DNA of 63,578 nucleotides, filler included, from Porpidia crustulata (lineage: Eukaryota): NCBI GenBank assembly GCA_964255105.1. It is 4 parts of 4 records of this genome, joined end to end, with 100 filler letters (N's around TTAATTAATTAA, not from the genome) between each part and the next. Parts side by side here need not be neighbours in the genome. Positions count along the whole stretch, not along the records: positions 31,988 to 47,738 come from CAXUWE010000282.1; positions 47,839 to 63,578 come from CAXUWE010000283.1; 2 more parts are not named here. The stretch is one strand, 5' to 3'. Shown piece after piece: positions 38,785 to 51,982 of this stretch. Numbering within the stretch: the stretch's first letter is position 1; each line of letters starts with the position of its first letter. Both the position numbers and the translations under genes were made by a program. The notes below the pieces were generated by a model. That model was not told the origin of the DNA. It worked only from the letters and a program-made list of their open reading frames with translations, and made no database searches.

Positions 38785-41700
38785 ATGCCTTTCTTTTCGA
38801 AAGTCTTCAGGAGTAATAAGGATGGGTCAGGTGCAACCTCGAAATCGAAGAAGCATGCACCACAAAATGGCGCCGTTCATTTACCACCTCCAAAACCACG
38901 TTGGGACGATGCATGGCTCCGAAAGGACGTCGAACCCGAGGAGGTTCAAGAGCTCCTCAGAGGCTGCATTCAAGAGTTGAAGTCCAAAGGTACACACTCT
39001 GCCAATCCGGCCAAAGAATTTATGGCACCTGAACAGCTGGACTAATCTAATTTCTGTTCGTAGCACTGGATATGCCATTCCTACTTCTACCTTTTAGACC
39101 AGCTTCAGATCCAAGTGCGGCACGCTCGTTCATTCGCAACTATTTCGATGCTGACAAAAACCTCTACCTTCTGGGCGAGGGCCTGGAGCAAGAGCTCCGC
39201 TTGACAGAGCCAATGGTGAGCAAGAAGTATAAATGCGATACCAGGCCCTTACTAATATTTCTAGGTCCTCTGCAGCATCGTGAAGTGGTGTTGGAGCAGA
39301 TTAAGTGGAGGCGTGGTGACCTGGGAAGCCTATGAGCTGTTTCGCATTGGAGAGCAAGGTAGGACAGATGCGACCCTCAAAAAGCATTGGGCTTACTCGG
39401 GATGTAGATTCGGACATGGCCCGTGATGCCTTTGCTACCTTCATACCTATCAGTGTTGAGTCCGACGCACGGACAAAAATCATCTTCGATTTCTTTGATC
39501 TGATGGCTGCAATAGCTGCGCATGGTAAGAACAACGGTATGGGAGGCCGAAAGCTGTCCAGATATGCGGGGTGGTGGGCGTTCGAGCAATTCGATGGTGG
39601 CAATGGTTTCGACGGAGGCTACAAGTCATGGGCAAGGTTGGTTGGAGCGTGAGCCTCAGCCTAACAAAGCTGACAATACTGCAGAGCCGCCGATGCTACA
39701 AGCCACCTATTCTTTGCTTACCTTCGTTCGCTTTCCCCTGACTCTGTCCAAGGAACGAACGGCATCTCAGCTTTGCCGCTTTCTTTGCAAAATCTCGTTC
39801 AAGCGACCGAATATCCGCCCGAGCAGCCAACTCTTAGCGCGGTATCTAAAGTGGTAATGGTTGTAGACTCTGTTTCCCCCACGCCCTTCGCTTTACTACG
39901 CCGTGCCAAGCATTTCGAATACCGGGACGATGATCAAGCGCTTCAGCAATTTTCCAACTACGAGGACCCTGTGCAGGCATTGACTGACGAATGTCGCCGA
40001 GTTCTCAAGAGCATCTCCTCCACGAATCAATCAGCAGTATCCAATTCTAAGGCATCCACCAGCCTCCGTGATGCATCCTGGTCCCGATTTGAAGATATTG
40101 GATTTGGGGGATTGGGTGATGACTCGGATAACGAGGATCCTTCCGCCTTTGGTAGAAAGAGAAATGGGCCGCAGGGCTTGAGATCGGCCCCACAATCGAG
40201 GACGCACGACCTTGGCAGGCCTACGACCCCTTCCTGGGCCGATTTCCTATCAGCTGGTTTTGTCGATGAGCCAGGAAAGGATCATCCTGCGAAACTAAGT
40301 CTACCTGCTGACAAGATGCTGCCGCCCATTGATACCCGAAGAGGACAAAGTTCACAATCGTACCGACGTCCACAAAATAACGATGAGGATCTTGAGCCAG
40401 GTGAGCTTGCTAGTATCAATTTGCTCCACTTTGACGATGCGTTTTGGTGGGTTTGGATCAGTAGCCTGGCTGGAGAAGAACTTGCGGAACGTAAGGGGGT
40501 TTTCGGACGTTGTGCTCTGATCGAGACCAATATCCGCGGAGGGAAATGGCTTGTTCTCGAGGAGATGGTCAAGGGAGCTGCGCCAGAGCCGGAAACGGGT
40601 GCATACATTGCGGAGAAGAAGAGTCGATTTGGGTTCAGTAAGAAAAGCAGACTAAATCGGACAAAAACTAGTTCGAAAAAGACTTCACCTGTGCCTACGC
40701 CGGAGACGTATCCACGAAGCAAACAGCAATCTCCGATGAGCAAAACTAGCATCGGTCCCGACCAGCACGCGCGGATCCAGGCGGCGGCGGCAGCCCTCCA
40801 ACAAAAGCATCGAGATCAAAATAGCACCGAGCAGAAGAGAGGCAGGATGGGGGACGCGGCATCGACGAAGACAAATAGTGTCTTTACGCTACAACCGGTC
40901 ATCATGAGCGAAGCCGGCCCTGCCATGAAATGGGCAAACAGTTATGACAAGAACACCGTTCGAGCTGCGTACTTGGGAAATGACTTTACAGGCAAAGGAC
41001 AAGCGACCAATCTGGGATCCAACCGGCTGCACAATGTTCCGAGTACGAACGGCTCGATAACGCCTATAGTTCGGAAAGAGCCTCTACAGAAAATGGAGTC
41101 GTATGGTTTCCCCAGCCAAGATGCGGACAAAGAGAATCTCCCCCCGGTCCCTGATAAAACAGAGCCTCCTCTACCGCCAGAGCCACCGGTACAGCAAATC
41201 CAATCACAGTCTATAGAGAAAAAACCACCGCCACCTCCTGCTCCTTTACCAGCGGTACCATTCAAAGACCTGCATCCTGCCAACCGGGCTGTCGTGGAGG
41301 CATCTCGAGTCCCTCTACCCGCCGCAACACCTTGGGAACAGCCTCGCCTGGCCGAGGTGCCTCTGCCGGCTGCTACGCCTCCAGAACGATCTCATTCATC
41401 TGGAGAGCAATTTGTAGCTCCTTCAGAGTTGCCACCGAGGGTTGACAACAAGCCGTTACCTCCTATCGAACCGGCAATCGAGTCAACGCCGACGCTGACT
41501 CGGGAAGCCACACAGGAGCCGAACGGCGCCTCATCTACGGCATCATCACCTGAAGTAAAGAAGGCTGGCAAAAGGCTCAAGAAGAGTCAGCCTGGAGGCT
41601 TTAAAGGGTTCTTTGGAAGGAATAAGTCTGGACCAATTGCACCTACTCCACCACGGCCAGCAGATAGCACCGCAGTTGCAGCGGCCAAAGCCGCTTACGA

Positions 41701-42426
41701 GGGGCCTCAAATGAAAGCCAACTATATCGCTCCCGAGGTTCCTAAGCTATCCCGTCGTCTTTCAGGCATGGGACGGAAGAAAGCGCCACTTCCCATCCCT
41801 ATTACAACTTTGCCACCCACTCAGGTCTACAATGAGCCGGTGACAAAGTCAATGGAACCGTCTCCGCTTGAGGCTCCTCATCAAAATTACGACGACTACG
41901 GCTCTCATGCCAGCCTCAGTCGCGTTGACTCGAGCGAGCAGCGCCACGCTGACCGCGAATTTCAGACATTCGATCAAGGTCCGATGACGGATCAGCCAGC
42001 CTTTGTGCCTGAAGACGAATACGAAAGGCGCTCGGGTTCTGCTACTCCACGGCAGTATGAGCCTGAGCCTATTCAAAGGGCATATGAGCATGATCCGATG
42101 CAAATGCCTTACGAACCTCAGCCAATCCAGCAACCATATCATCATGATGATATATCCGAGGTCTCGGAGGAGGAACAATCGAAAACGCCGCCACAAGATC
42201 GTTGGGCACAGATCAGGAAGAACGCCGCAGAGCGTGCTGCAAAGCAAAGCCAAGACCGTGAGAGGACAGATGAAACCGAGGAAGAGGAAAGTGGGGAAGA
42301 GAGTAAGTCATCGCAGCAGCATGTTAAACCAATACTAAATCTGTTCTAGCAATCGAATCACGAGTTGCTCGCATCAAAGCTAAAGTTGCAGAACTGACGA
42401 GCAACATGGACGGCGTTCGTGCATAG
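38785..42426 (+). CDS. Msb1-like morphogenesis protein (DUF1708 / RhoGAP-like N-terminus, long Pro-rich C-terminus)
   Basis: Multi-exon. LDMPFLLLPFRP, KWCWSRL.GGVVTWEAYELF, DFFDLMAAIAAHGK.NGMGGRKLSRYAGWWAF, SWSRFEDIGF, DDAFWWVW; last exon IESRVARIKAKVAELT. Confidence 0.85.
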
Positions 42427-44304
42427 CCTAAGAGACACCATCGAATGACTGATTTCCTATGTTTACACTTTGCATTGCGCGATCCCTTCACGATACCCTT
42501 ATTCCAGGTAAATGCGCAGATTGATACCATGTCGCGAGCGCTGTATTTTTCCGGGTTCCCACTTTTTTATCTTCCATTGATGAGTCGGCCGTGCAAGCAG
42601 GGCGTTGAAAATAGGTACGATGAACTACTGCAAAAGAGGATGTAATAATGGAAATCGTGGGAGCTGTCGCTGGCGAGCAGAGGTCTTGGTGCCTGTCTAA
42701 TAGAGGAATGGTAGATGTAGAACATAGCTCCAACTTGCTTTCCGGTTGCAATAACTATAACATCCACTTCAGTTGATAAAGATAGTCTGATAATGAACCA
42801 TGCTCTACAATTCACTCAATTGTCCAAGATATCGCTGAGGGAGTTATCTGAGATTGTTACGCTGATAGACTGAGAGACTACCAATAACGGGGGCGGAATT
42901 TCTTAAGTCCGTGCGAAGATGTTTCAAATATTTTGAGGACTTTCCACAGGAGCTCGAACAGTGGATGACGCGCAACGATGACCTCAGAATAGGTCTGTTG
43001 GGAGTCTTTAGTTCGATGGTCGAAACGTTCCTCTAGCCCGTGAATCAGCACAAAGCAACGCATCCGCTGAATAAACATTTCCATGTCCTGGATTTTCTCT
43101 TTCACACCTCGTCTTGTCCCAACTTACTACATGAGCCAACCCCGTGCCAGAACAAACCATTTGCTTGCATGCCGTAAGGTGAGATCTCTACTCTCTTTCC
43201 TACTCTCCACGTACTCTACGATGATGACACAAAACAACCCATAAAAGCTTCAGGAAGAGCCGGAAAAGGCATGGCAGCATCGCCAAATGCTGCTGTCGAT
43301 GCTTACGATCGGGTCTCTGAGCATGTGTGCTGTTGCGAAGAATTTTTCCGCGGTTATAATGGAGAGAATTCTGACTGACAGCTTGTGTTGCGACCAGGTG
43401 TATTGAGCGCTTGAACGTTGCAACGGTGGAGGAAATTTGCAGCAATCACAAATTTGCCTTTGGGAGCTTGTCTTTAACTTATCTAGCCATTGATTCGTAT
43501 CGGTAGCTACAAGCAGAGTTCCAATATTTGAGGGGAACCAACACGCCGCGACGGAGAGGAATGAGACCAGCTGTCAAGCCAGAGGCGGAGGAATGATAGC
43601 ACCATCCCATATCCCCTCACGGTATACACACTCGCTGGCGTTACTAGAGCTGGACATCAAGCGTCAGAATCTCTCGTGCCCCAAGTCTCTGAATGGGACA
43701 ATGCTAGCGGTCCCTGTATGGGTGACCTGACAATGTGATTGAGTTTGAGGCTCTCGGGCGTCTCAACGTGACACTGTCCTTACGTTTTCGTTTTTGCTGA
43801 CCTACCTTATTTTAAATACTATCACCCTCATAAATTCGTGTACCTGATTGTGTAAGATTAGCACTCTCACACGCGCCGTCACGACAATGACCAGGTCCCT
43901 CCCGTTCTACGCAATCATGGATCATCTGTACTACTGATAGACAGCTAGCTTCTTGCTCCAACAATATTCTTACGATCAATCCATTTATTTAATAATGCTC
44001 TCTCAAAATTTAGTGCATCACTATTTGGATATTTGAACTTTCCTCACAACTCAAAGAAATCTGTGACCATAAAAAATTTGAGCGTCAGCACTGATGCCCG
44101 AACTGGAAAGCTCGATCGAAGTCCTGTTCTATACATGCTTTGTCTTTCACCTTGATTCTATCCTGATCGTAGCTTCCATCAGAATCATCAACTGCTTATA
44201 ATATCTTGGTTAACGTCCAAGAATCGCTTTGCTACTCGGTCGTCATTGCATCTCGCTATTCAAGGACAATTCTCATTTTCTAGTTTAATCCATCCGTGTA
44301 GGAT

Positions 44305-47300
44305 ATGGCCTTTAGTCGCAGTCTGATGGCTTCAGGTGCTCGCCCATCACCAAGAGCTGCGATTCGAGATTGGCTGGCTTGTAACAGCGAGGCGTCAGGG
44401 ACTCCTGCGCCTAGACTTGATTTCACAGAAAATCTCCAGACAGAACGAGTGCCACAAGAACAGCCTCGAGTGAGATCACATAGGGACGCTAGTAAAGCTC
44501 CATGGGAGCCAGGCTCAAGAATATTGAGAAACCGTCAGAGTGGCCAGAACGATAGTGTTCGGGAACGTCCTGGTATGTGGCTACATCCACTTCCAAAAAT
44601 TATAGTTTTGACTTTGTGAGCTGATCAGACGCGATCGTAAAAGGCCTACACGATGACGGTGGTGTGAGCCTAGTCAAACGACTGAACTTGCATGCACCAT
44701 TTCGTTCCTTCGCAGATGGGAGTGACTTGGAGGACCGCCACGCAAGCCAGTCAAATCGCGTTCGGAAGAGACGTCGTAGCCCTTCGTCCACTGGCTCTTA
44801 TCTTGAGCCTGCTGTGCTTCCGGTTAGAACAATTACTAATCACGAGGATCGCAAAGCGTCCGAGAGGCATATGCACCATCAGAGTCACGACGGTACCGTA
44901 TCAGAGTCGTCTTCTCCACCCCTACAATCCTCAAACGAATGCTCGGACCCGCCTGAGAAACAGATGATGACTTATGAGAAGCGATCAAGGCATAAGACGA
45001 AGGAAGACCGATACGAACTCAAGCCAGGCAAGTCAAGGGTAGAGGAAAGGAGGAAGAAGGAGAAGAAGGGCGCAGACACCAAGAAAAGAAAGAATTCGAA
45101 GCCTCAAAGAACGTCTGGTAACGCCTTGGTGCACGATTTTGCGGCACGGAACGTAGCACCAGATCGGCTTACGGCAAGATTTTCGCACAATGGCTTCCCA
45201 AGCCGTCTTAGCTAGCCTCTGCTAATTGTTTGCGATAGTTGAAGCCAGCAGCATCGACGGGCCTTTTCAGGAGAGGCCGAGCGTCTTCGCCAGTCAGGAG
45301 GAGAGGATGTAAGTATTCAGGTGAACAAGCCACATTCCTGTGTTATGTACTAATTGAGGCAAAATACAGTGCCTGATCTTACTTTCTCCGAGATGACATT
45401 CCTTAATACCCGAAGAAACAAACCAGAGGATGTGAGCGAACCGGCAGGGAAGAAGAGAGGCGGTAAGAGAGATAAAGCTGCGGACAACGAAGCCGAGCTA
45501 TCAAGGTACTTTGCCTCAACTAAGTCTCGAGACGTTGGAATTGCAGTCGTCCAAGATGAGGTCCATGGCATAACTATCGCCGGTCCTCCTAAGAGATATC
45601 ACAATCGAGATGGTACCGGTATATCTACTTATCAAGGCCGGTCAGCTCCACCGCCAGTAGAACTACCGGAGACGCCATTTTTGGGTTTTGGTAGCGTTGG
45701 AGGAAGTCTTGTTTCGCCAGTGCGAAGGGTTGAATCCCCAGCTTCGCCGCCTTATCAATCCCGTGCAAAACAGGGCGAGTTGTCCCCGGCTCGCTCAGCA
45801 AGCTATTTCACTTGGTCCAGAACTCGATCACCTTCGCAACGCTCTAGCCACCACAGGGATACAGAGAGTATGTCACGGCTTCAGGCGAGCAAGCACCCAA
45901 ACCTAAAGGACTTAATCCGCAATAGAGACGATGGTAAAAGGACTACCTCAGGGGCCACTGTTCCCCATCAAGACGGCATCAGCGACGATCGGCCCGGCAT
46001 GGGATTCGATGAAGTCGATGAGCATATGGAAGACATGGTCAAAATGCCTATCGGTAGAGACAGCCGTGATGCCCATGAGCAAGCTCCACATCCGCCTTCG
46101 GTTGACAAGTGCCGTGGACAGAACCTTAGGCCTAAGTCGACTACAAATGGCGGAATCGAACAGCCCTCTCATGTTGATTCGGTGGACAAAACATATAGTC
46201 AAGTAAATGATGCAGATCAAGTTCTCACGAGATCGATTGAATCACATTCTAGAATGCCAGAAGATCTCGTCAACGCAACTTTGAAGCTTCTTTTGGAAAA
46301 GTACGGCGCCAGTATAACAAGCACTCTCGTAGAAGTTGCTACTGCGACTGACAAAAAGCCGAATTTGTCTAATGCCGCCATTAATCAAGAAAATCAGCAA
46401 GTTTCGGAGCCTCTTGTCCCGGCCGATCCCAGAAGCAGCGAAGCGATAGAAGAGCGCTCAGGCCAAAGCCAACCACAGGAGCAATTTAAGAACCCACGCC
46501 CTCTTTCGCGACGCACGCTCTGTAGTGAACCTCCGACAATTGACAAACCGTCTCCAGTGGAGTGCCCTTCGAGTGATGAAACAAGGCGGCCTCTCGGTGC
46601 CCAAAGAAATCTGGGTGATTTACACATACGTCAAAGCTCTACAAGTAATCCTCCGCCCTCCTCACTTCATGCTACCGATGCTAGGAGCGCATGGACTGGC
46701 TATGATGCTATATACGAGCAACAACATCTGATATCCGAAGATCTTCCACTCGATGTCCAAGGAGACCAAATACAACATGGTGCTATAGTCAATACAAACA
46801 TGACAGACGATACTGTTACAGTCTTAGGCTACGATACTAAACATATGTATGAGTCGGGCCTAGATGCTGTGTACGACGATTATGGTATCGGCAATATCCA
46901 TAGTCGCAACGTGTATGCTATACGACATGCGACACAGAATCATCACAATCAAGCATTCGGGAATGAAACTCAAAATCCACAACGAGGAGAATGGTTGAAT
47001 TACCAACAATCGATTGGACCACCAAGTGAAAGGTATCTCGACTATGAAGATGAGCATTTGCCTAAGATGGATCCTACCTTTACGGACTATGACCCAAGAC
47101 ATGCTGGCAGCGCTCCTACCACCAGAATACCTGACAAGTCTGAGCATGGAGCGCAGACTGCATTGACCGACCAAGGTGGTGGTGAATATCTGCTTTCCCA
47201 AAGAGAAACGCGCAGAAGAGAAGTTGGAAGAGAATTGCACTCTCGTCCACTTTCCCAAGGTATCGATAACAATTTCAGCCAGCAAAGCCTTGTGATACTA

Positions 47301-47360
47301 CCAGATCCAAAAGAGGATGCTTCACCATCCGACTTCTGGAAACCGCACATGTTATACTGA
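44305..47360 (+). CDS. Conserved fungal hypothetical, largely disordered protein
   Basis: Four exons joined in frame, including a GC-AG intron at 45174-45238: YEKRSRHKTKEDRYELK..VAPDRLT|LKP..GLFRRGRASSPVRRRG|LPDLTFSEMTFL; ends FWKPHMLY. Confidence 0.75.
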
Positions 47361-47704
47361 GAGTTATCAAACGTCTTCATCGATAACAGACGCTGGCATT
47401 TAAATCGTGGCTGTTGAGAAGATAATCAAAGATATCTTTGTGAAGATCGAAAGATATGGCAGAGTTGCCTTTGTATCCAAGCCATCAGGGGCAGCCGCAG
47501 CTTATAATTTAAATCTCACTGTAAACACCGTCCAAAAAGTTTAGGGCATACATGGAGTAATTATACAGTGCGCAAGGCTACTCAATGGCGATGAATAAAT
47601 GCATTGGGGAGATTTGCAATTTTTGATGATGTTCTATATCGAGCTAGCTCGGCGGCCGTTCGATGATCATCAGCCCTACCCGCAGCCTTAGGAGTATTCC
47701 CGGG

Positions 47705-47738
47705 CCCGTGCACGTTCCGGTCCCGTGCACGTTCCGGT
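47705..47738. repeat. 17-bp tandem repeat (CCCGTGCACGTTCCGGT x2) at the contig end
   Basis: Two exact copies run into the spacer. Confidence 0.8.
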
Positions 47739-47838
47739 NNNNNNNNNNNNNNNNNNNNNNNNNNNNNNNNNNNNNNNNNNNNTTAATTAATTAANNNNNN
47801 NNNNNNNNNNNNNNNNNNNNNNNNNNNNNNNNNNNNNN
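47739..47838. other. Artificial contig spacer N44-TTAATTAATTAA-N44
   Basis: Identical 100-bp spacer. Confidence 0.97.
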
Positions 47839-49544
47839 CTTACCAACCATGATGAAGCTGATGCCGTAGGACATGTCTGTCATGTCGACGACGGTGAGGA
47901 TGGTGCCGTAGCTGGCTTGGCAGTAGGAGCCGCTACCGATGCCGAGGAGGATGGTGTAGCCGTAGATTTTGGCGGTGGAGGTATCGACAGTGATTTGGGC
48001 TAAGGGGATAATCCGGCTTAGCGATTAAGAGTTTCAAGCTGGTGGGGAAGGCAGGGCGGATGGGAGGATGGTAGGGGATCGACTTACACATGAGGACACC
48101 ACCGATGATGCCTAGGATTGTACCACAAACGTACCAGGGCTTGTAGTAGCCCGTTCTTGACATGAAAGCTCCCTGTGCAAGGATGCAGGCACTGAGGACG
48201 AAGATAAATGGTAAAAGCCGGACGGCAGCTTGGAGGGCAGAATCGCCACGTGTGAATTGAAAGTAAATGGGGATGTAGTAGATTGGGACGAAAGCTGCGG
48301 TGGCACCTGTGGCCATTAGGAGGAAGAGTAAGATGGCCTCTCTGCTCTTCAAAAAGTGGACTGGAAACATGCGATCCTTGGTCGTGGTAAAGAATGCCAG
48401 GTACTGTTGAGTAGCAAAGGCAATCCATACAACGGCTCCAACAACGAACAAGGCGATTATTTGAGCGCTATTCCAGGCGTATACTGCACCACCAAAGCTG
48501 ATGGCCATGATCCAACAGACAAAACCACCGATGCTGAGGACCGCTCCGAGATAATCGAATCCTGATGCTCGCTTGGAGTAAAGGGTGCCTGGAGCGGGAT
48601 CGAACGATGGGAGGATAAAGATATAGACAGGAAAGAAGATGCCATTAAGTATCAGATTGATGTAAAAGGCCCATCGCCAAGTGACCTTTTCAAAGCCGCC
48701 ACCAACGACTGGGCCGAGGACAGTGCCAATGCCCCAGAGCAGGCCACTAGTCGCTTACGTTAGGCACTCCTATGATTTTAGCAGAATGTACTTACACTAA
48801 GCTCAAGTATGCCGGGCGTTCTTTGTTTGTGGTATTGACCGAAAGCAGAGTCAAGACACCCAAGTACATACCATTCCCGCCTGCACCAGCTATAACACGG
48901 CCTACAATCATAGCGTTCATATTGGGAGCTGCACCGCAAAGGGCCGATGCTGCCAGGAAGAGTACGCTCGAGATGATGTACAGCCATTTGGCATTATAAA
49001 TGCCGTAAAGTTTCCCGAAAGGCATGACCATGGCAACACCACCAATCATGAATCTATGAGCCACGTTCGTTGGTTAAATGAACGGATCGACTTAAGTTTG
49101 ATGGTGATGACTCACCCAACGGAAAGCCATGGGAGCTTTTCAACACCTTTTAAAGTATTTACGATTGCCTGCGATATCTTAGCTGGCGAAGTAAAGTCGG
49201 ATTTTCGTCGGAGATTGCGCATGAAAAGTGCAACAAGAAACGCAAGAAAGCAACTCACGGGAACAATGTCGGCAACGATGGTATTGTCGAGGGCATATGT
49301 GAAGATGCTTGACACAGTACTGACAACGATGAGGAACCACTAGAGGAATTCAATTGACGCGCATGGTAGAAGAGCTCCGAGAGCTGGTGAAAAGTACAGC
49401 AAGACCTTGAACCTTCCTGGCTGGCTCAGCAGCGGCAGGCGACAGATCTTTCTCAATATCAGAATGTGGGTCGTTGACGCTTCCTAGACCGGCCACGACA
49501 GTACTGGGTAGAGGCTCTTGTTTGGTTTCCATTGTCACGTCCAT
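47839..49544 (-). CDS. MFS DHA2-type (14-TM) efflux pump, 3'-truncated
   Basis: Multi-exon. ALDNTIVADI, LPWLSVGF, PFGKLYG, SALCGAAPNMNAMIVGRVIAGAGGNG, GTVLGPVVGG, WRWAFYINL, YYIPIYFQF. Confidence 0.92.
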
Positions 49545-50559
49545 CAGGATAGCCTAGAAATAGCAGGTAGAAAAATGGTCCGCAGCTATAGCCTTATGGT
49601 TTTCAAGTCAATTGGGAAGAATAATTGGGAAAGCAGAATGAGCAGAATGGAAAAGCTACTGTATTATTCAGTGTGTATGGTATGAAGAACAAGCACTGGA
49701 AATCAAGGAGTTGTGCTGTGCAGTCATTAGCTGTCATTCTGATTTCAAAGCAATTTGCACAATTCCAGGTTGACAGTTAGGATAGTTGGGATCTGCATAC
49801 AATCTAGATGATCGGTTGTAAACAATCAAAGCTGTAAAGTATCAAATAGAGTACCGGGTCTGTATAATTAGCTTACGTGAGCACGCGCGGCTCGATTAGG
49901 TTCGGTCCGGGCCCGATACAGAAGTTGATCGGCGCATATTCGCGGAAGGCTTCCGTTATGGGTCCACCCGTGCCGCGTCCATTTGGTCGTTGGGTGAATT
50001 GAGGCGAAACGCTCGCGTAATGTGTCATACCATCACGCAGTTCCAATGAGACGGCGAGTGAGGGGAGCGCGTGCCGGTCAATTCATGCACGAGAATCGCA
50101 TCACAGCCCTAGATCCATTTTGTGGAGTGCTCCACACGCCGGAGGCTCGTCCGATCGTCCGTATTGCAGAGTAAAGTACAGTAAGGTACTTGCCGTAGTG
50201 TTAGCCGCACTTTCATTCCTCTAGCCGAAACGCGGGGAACGCCAGGGAAAGCGGCTCGGCGAAAGCTTCATCGATCTCCTTCAACTTCAATGCACCAACA
50301 CCAAGTGTCAACAACGTACGGAGTGCGCTGTCAACGCTTGTACCGATCAGAAGCGGTTTGGCGACTTGTATGGCACCTTGGTCATGTTGATCGTCTTGAT
50401 GCCACGCCATCTAGCATCTAAGGCGTTGGTTGGAGTCGATGGACTGACTGTTCTTTATGCCTACCCTCAGCCTCCGGCGTTGCAATCTCATCCTCCCAAT
50501 CCAGCTGCCACATTTTTTCCTTCTTCAAAACAAACAGGAAAGGAATCAAGAGCCGCAAC

Positions 50560-51183
50560 ATGACATCTGCCCCCCCAAGTCAAGTCGAGAAAGCTCCTCA
50601 GACATGCCTCGTCCCATATCTCGACCCAGAAATCGCACCCGAAGCAGTGGCTGCTAAGCTCGCACAGCTGCCTTATAAGCGGAACATCTTTCTGCTACTG
50701 GGACAGTCCTCGGGTCTTTTCCCCCCCTTGATGAGCGTTTATCAAGCCTGCTTCAATGGAGAAACACGCAAGATCCCCCTCCTCGAATGGCAACTTGTCG
50801 TCCTGCGAATCGCCGCCCGCCTCGATGCTCCGTACCCTTGGGATGTCAACGAACCCGTGGCGAGGCTGCAGGGGATGAGTCAAGAAAAGGTCGACAAGTT
50901 GCGCGAGAGTGGCGAGTCCATCGAGGCCGATACGGAGGGCCCATGGACCGAGAGAGACCGCGCCATCATTAGTATTGTCGACGAACAACTCAAGTCATAC
51001 ACTAACGACGAGGGCACTATCAAAGAAGCCCGCCGTCTCTTAAGCGTCGAGGAATTGGTCGAGATATTCATCATCATCGGAATATACACACTCATTGCAC
51101 GTATTACCAAGGGACTCCGGATTGACTTGGACGGCGAGATCCCCGGTATGGCAGAGAAACTGAAGGCTCTTGTGACGAGTTGA
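50560..51183 (+). CDS. AhpD/carboxymuconolactone decarboxylase-like protein
   Basis: Intronless, 207 aa. NIFLLLG, WQLVVLRIAARLDAPYPWDVN..VARLQGMSQEK, WTERDRAI, EELVEIFIIIGIY fit the CMD-like helical fold. Confidence 0.7.
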   Translation: MTSAPPSQVEKAPQTCLVPYLDPEIAPEAVAAKLAQLPYKRNIFLLLGQSSGLFPPLMSVYQACFNGETRKIPLLEWQLVVLRIAARLDAPYPWDVNEPVARLQGMSQEKVDKLRESGESIEADTEGPWTERDRAIISIVDEQLKSYTNDEGTIKEARRLLSVEELVEIFIIIGIYTLIARITKGLRIDLDGEIPGMAEKLKALVTS

Positions 51184-51982
51184 GCGTTTGAGTTGGAAAG
51201 GACGGACTCGGCTTCGGGAAACCTGGATGAGTGGGGGGACAAGTTTGTGGGGGTCTAGTAGTGGATCTTGACTTAATTTGTGCACATGAGAGACTCTTTC
51301 TTCTTGGAAATGAAAATCAGACCGTGAAACGGTAATCCGTGGTGCCGATTGCGAGAAAACTGCCTTCATTCAGTGACGCGTTTGCAAAGTGAAAAATTGT
51401 TCACACCGTAGTCGGACTCTCCAACACCAGCAACGAAACGTCCAATGTCGCCCGTGCTAATCGCAGAAAGTATGCTGGACTTGCTCAAACAGCCTTCCAC
51501 CCAGCTAAGAATCAATGAGCACTAGCACATCCTCCCTAGACTCGTAGGCCTCTACAGCAAAGAGTTTGGAGAGATGACTCGAGCTATTGATCTTCCTCGT
51601 GATCCAATCGCGGAATCACACTGCAGGCTGATGGTCCGACGGCCAGACGCTCTTTCTTGGCATTTTTGCCTGCGTGGAAGGGGCAATGCCGACCTTGACT
51701 AAGAGAGACCAGCAACGGCTGGAATGTAACCATGGCGATCTCTATGAGGTATTGCAGCATGAGAAAGGCGTGTCGCAAAGTACGAGGAGTCTCATGCACT
51801 GCAAACGCACCTGCATGCATCTGCACGCGCCCTGCTATGCTTGAAAGAACTCGCCTACTCAGGATCGGCCTTGTTAATCTTGACAAATTTTCACAGAGCC
51901 CTTGGCATATCAGCAAAACCCCACTTAAGATTGATTTTCCCCATACTGAACGAATCGTCGTCCTGTCCTCTCACCATCAACC

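Noticed and set aside
42878..43445. Possible small minus-strand gene or remnant
   Set aside because: Could not build a consistent spliced model or recognise a family.
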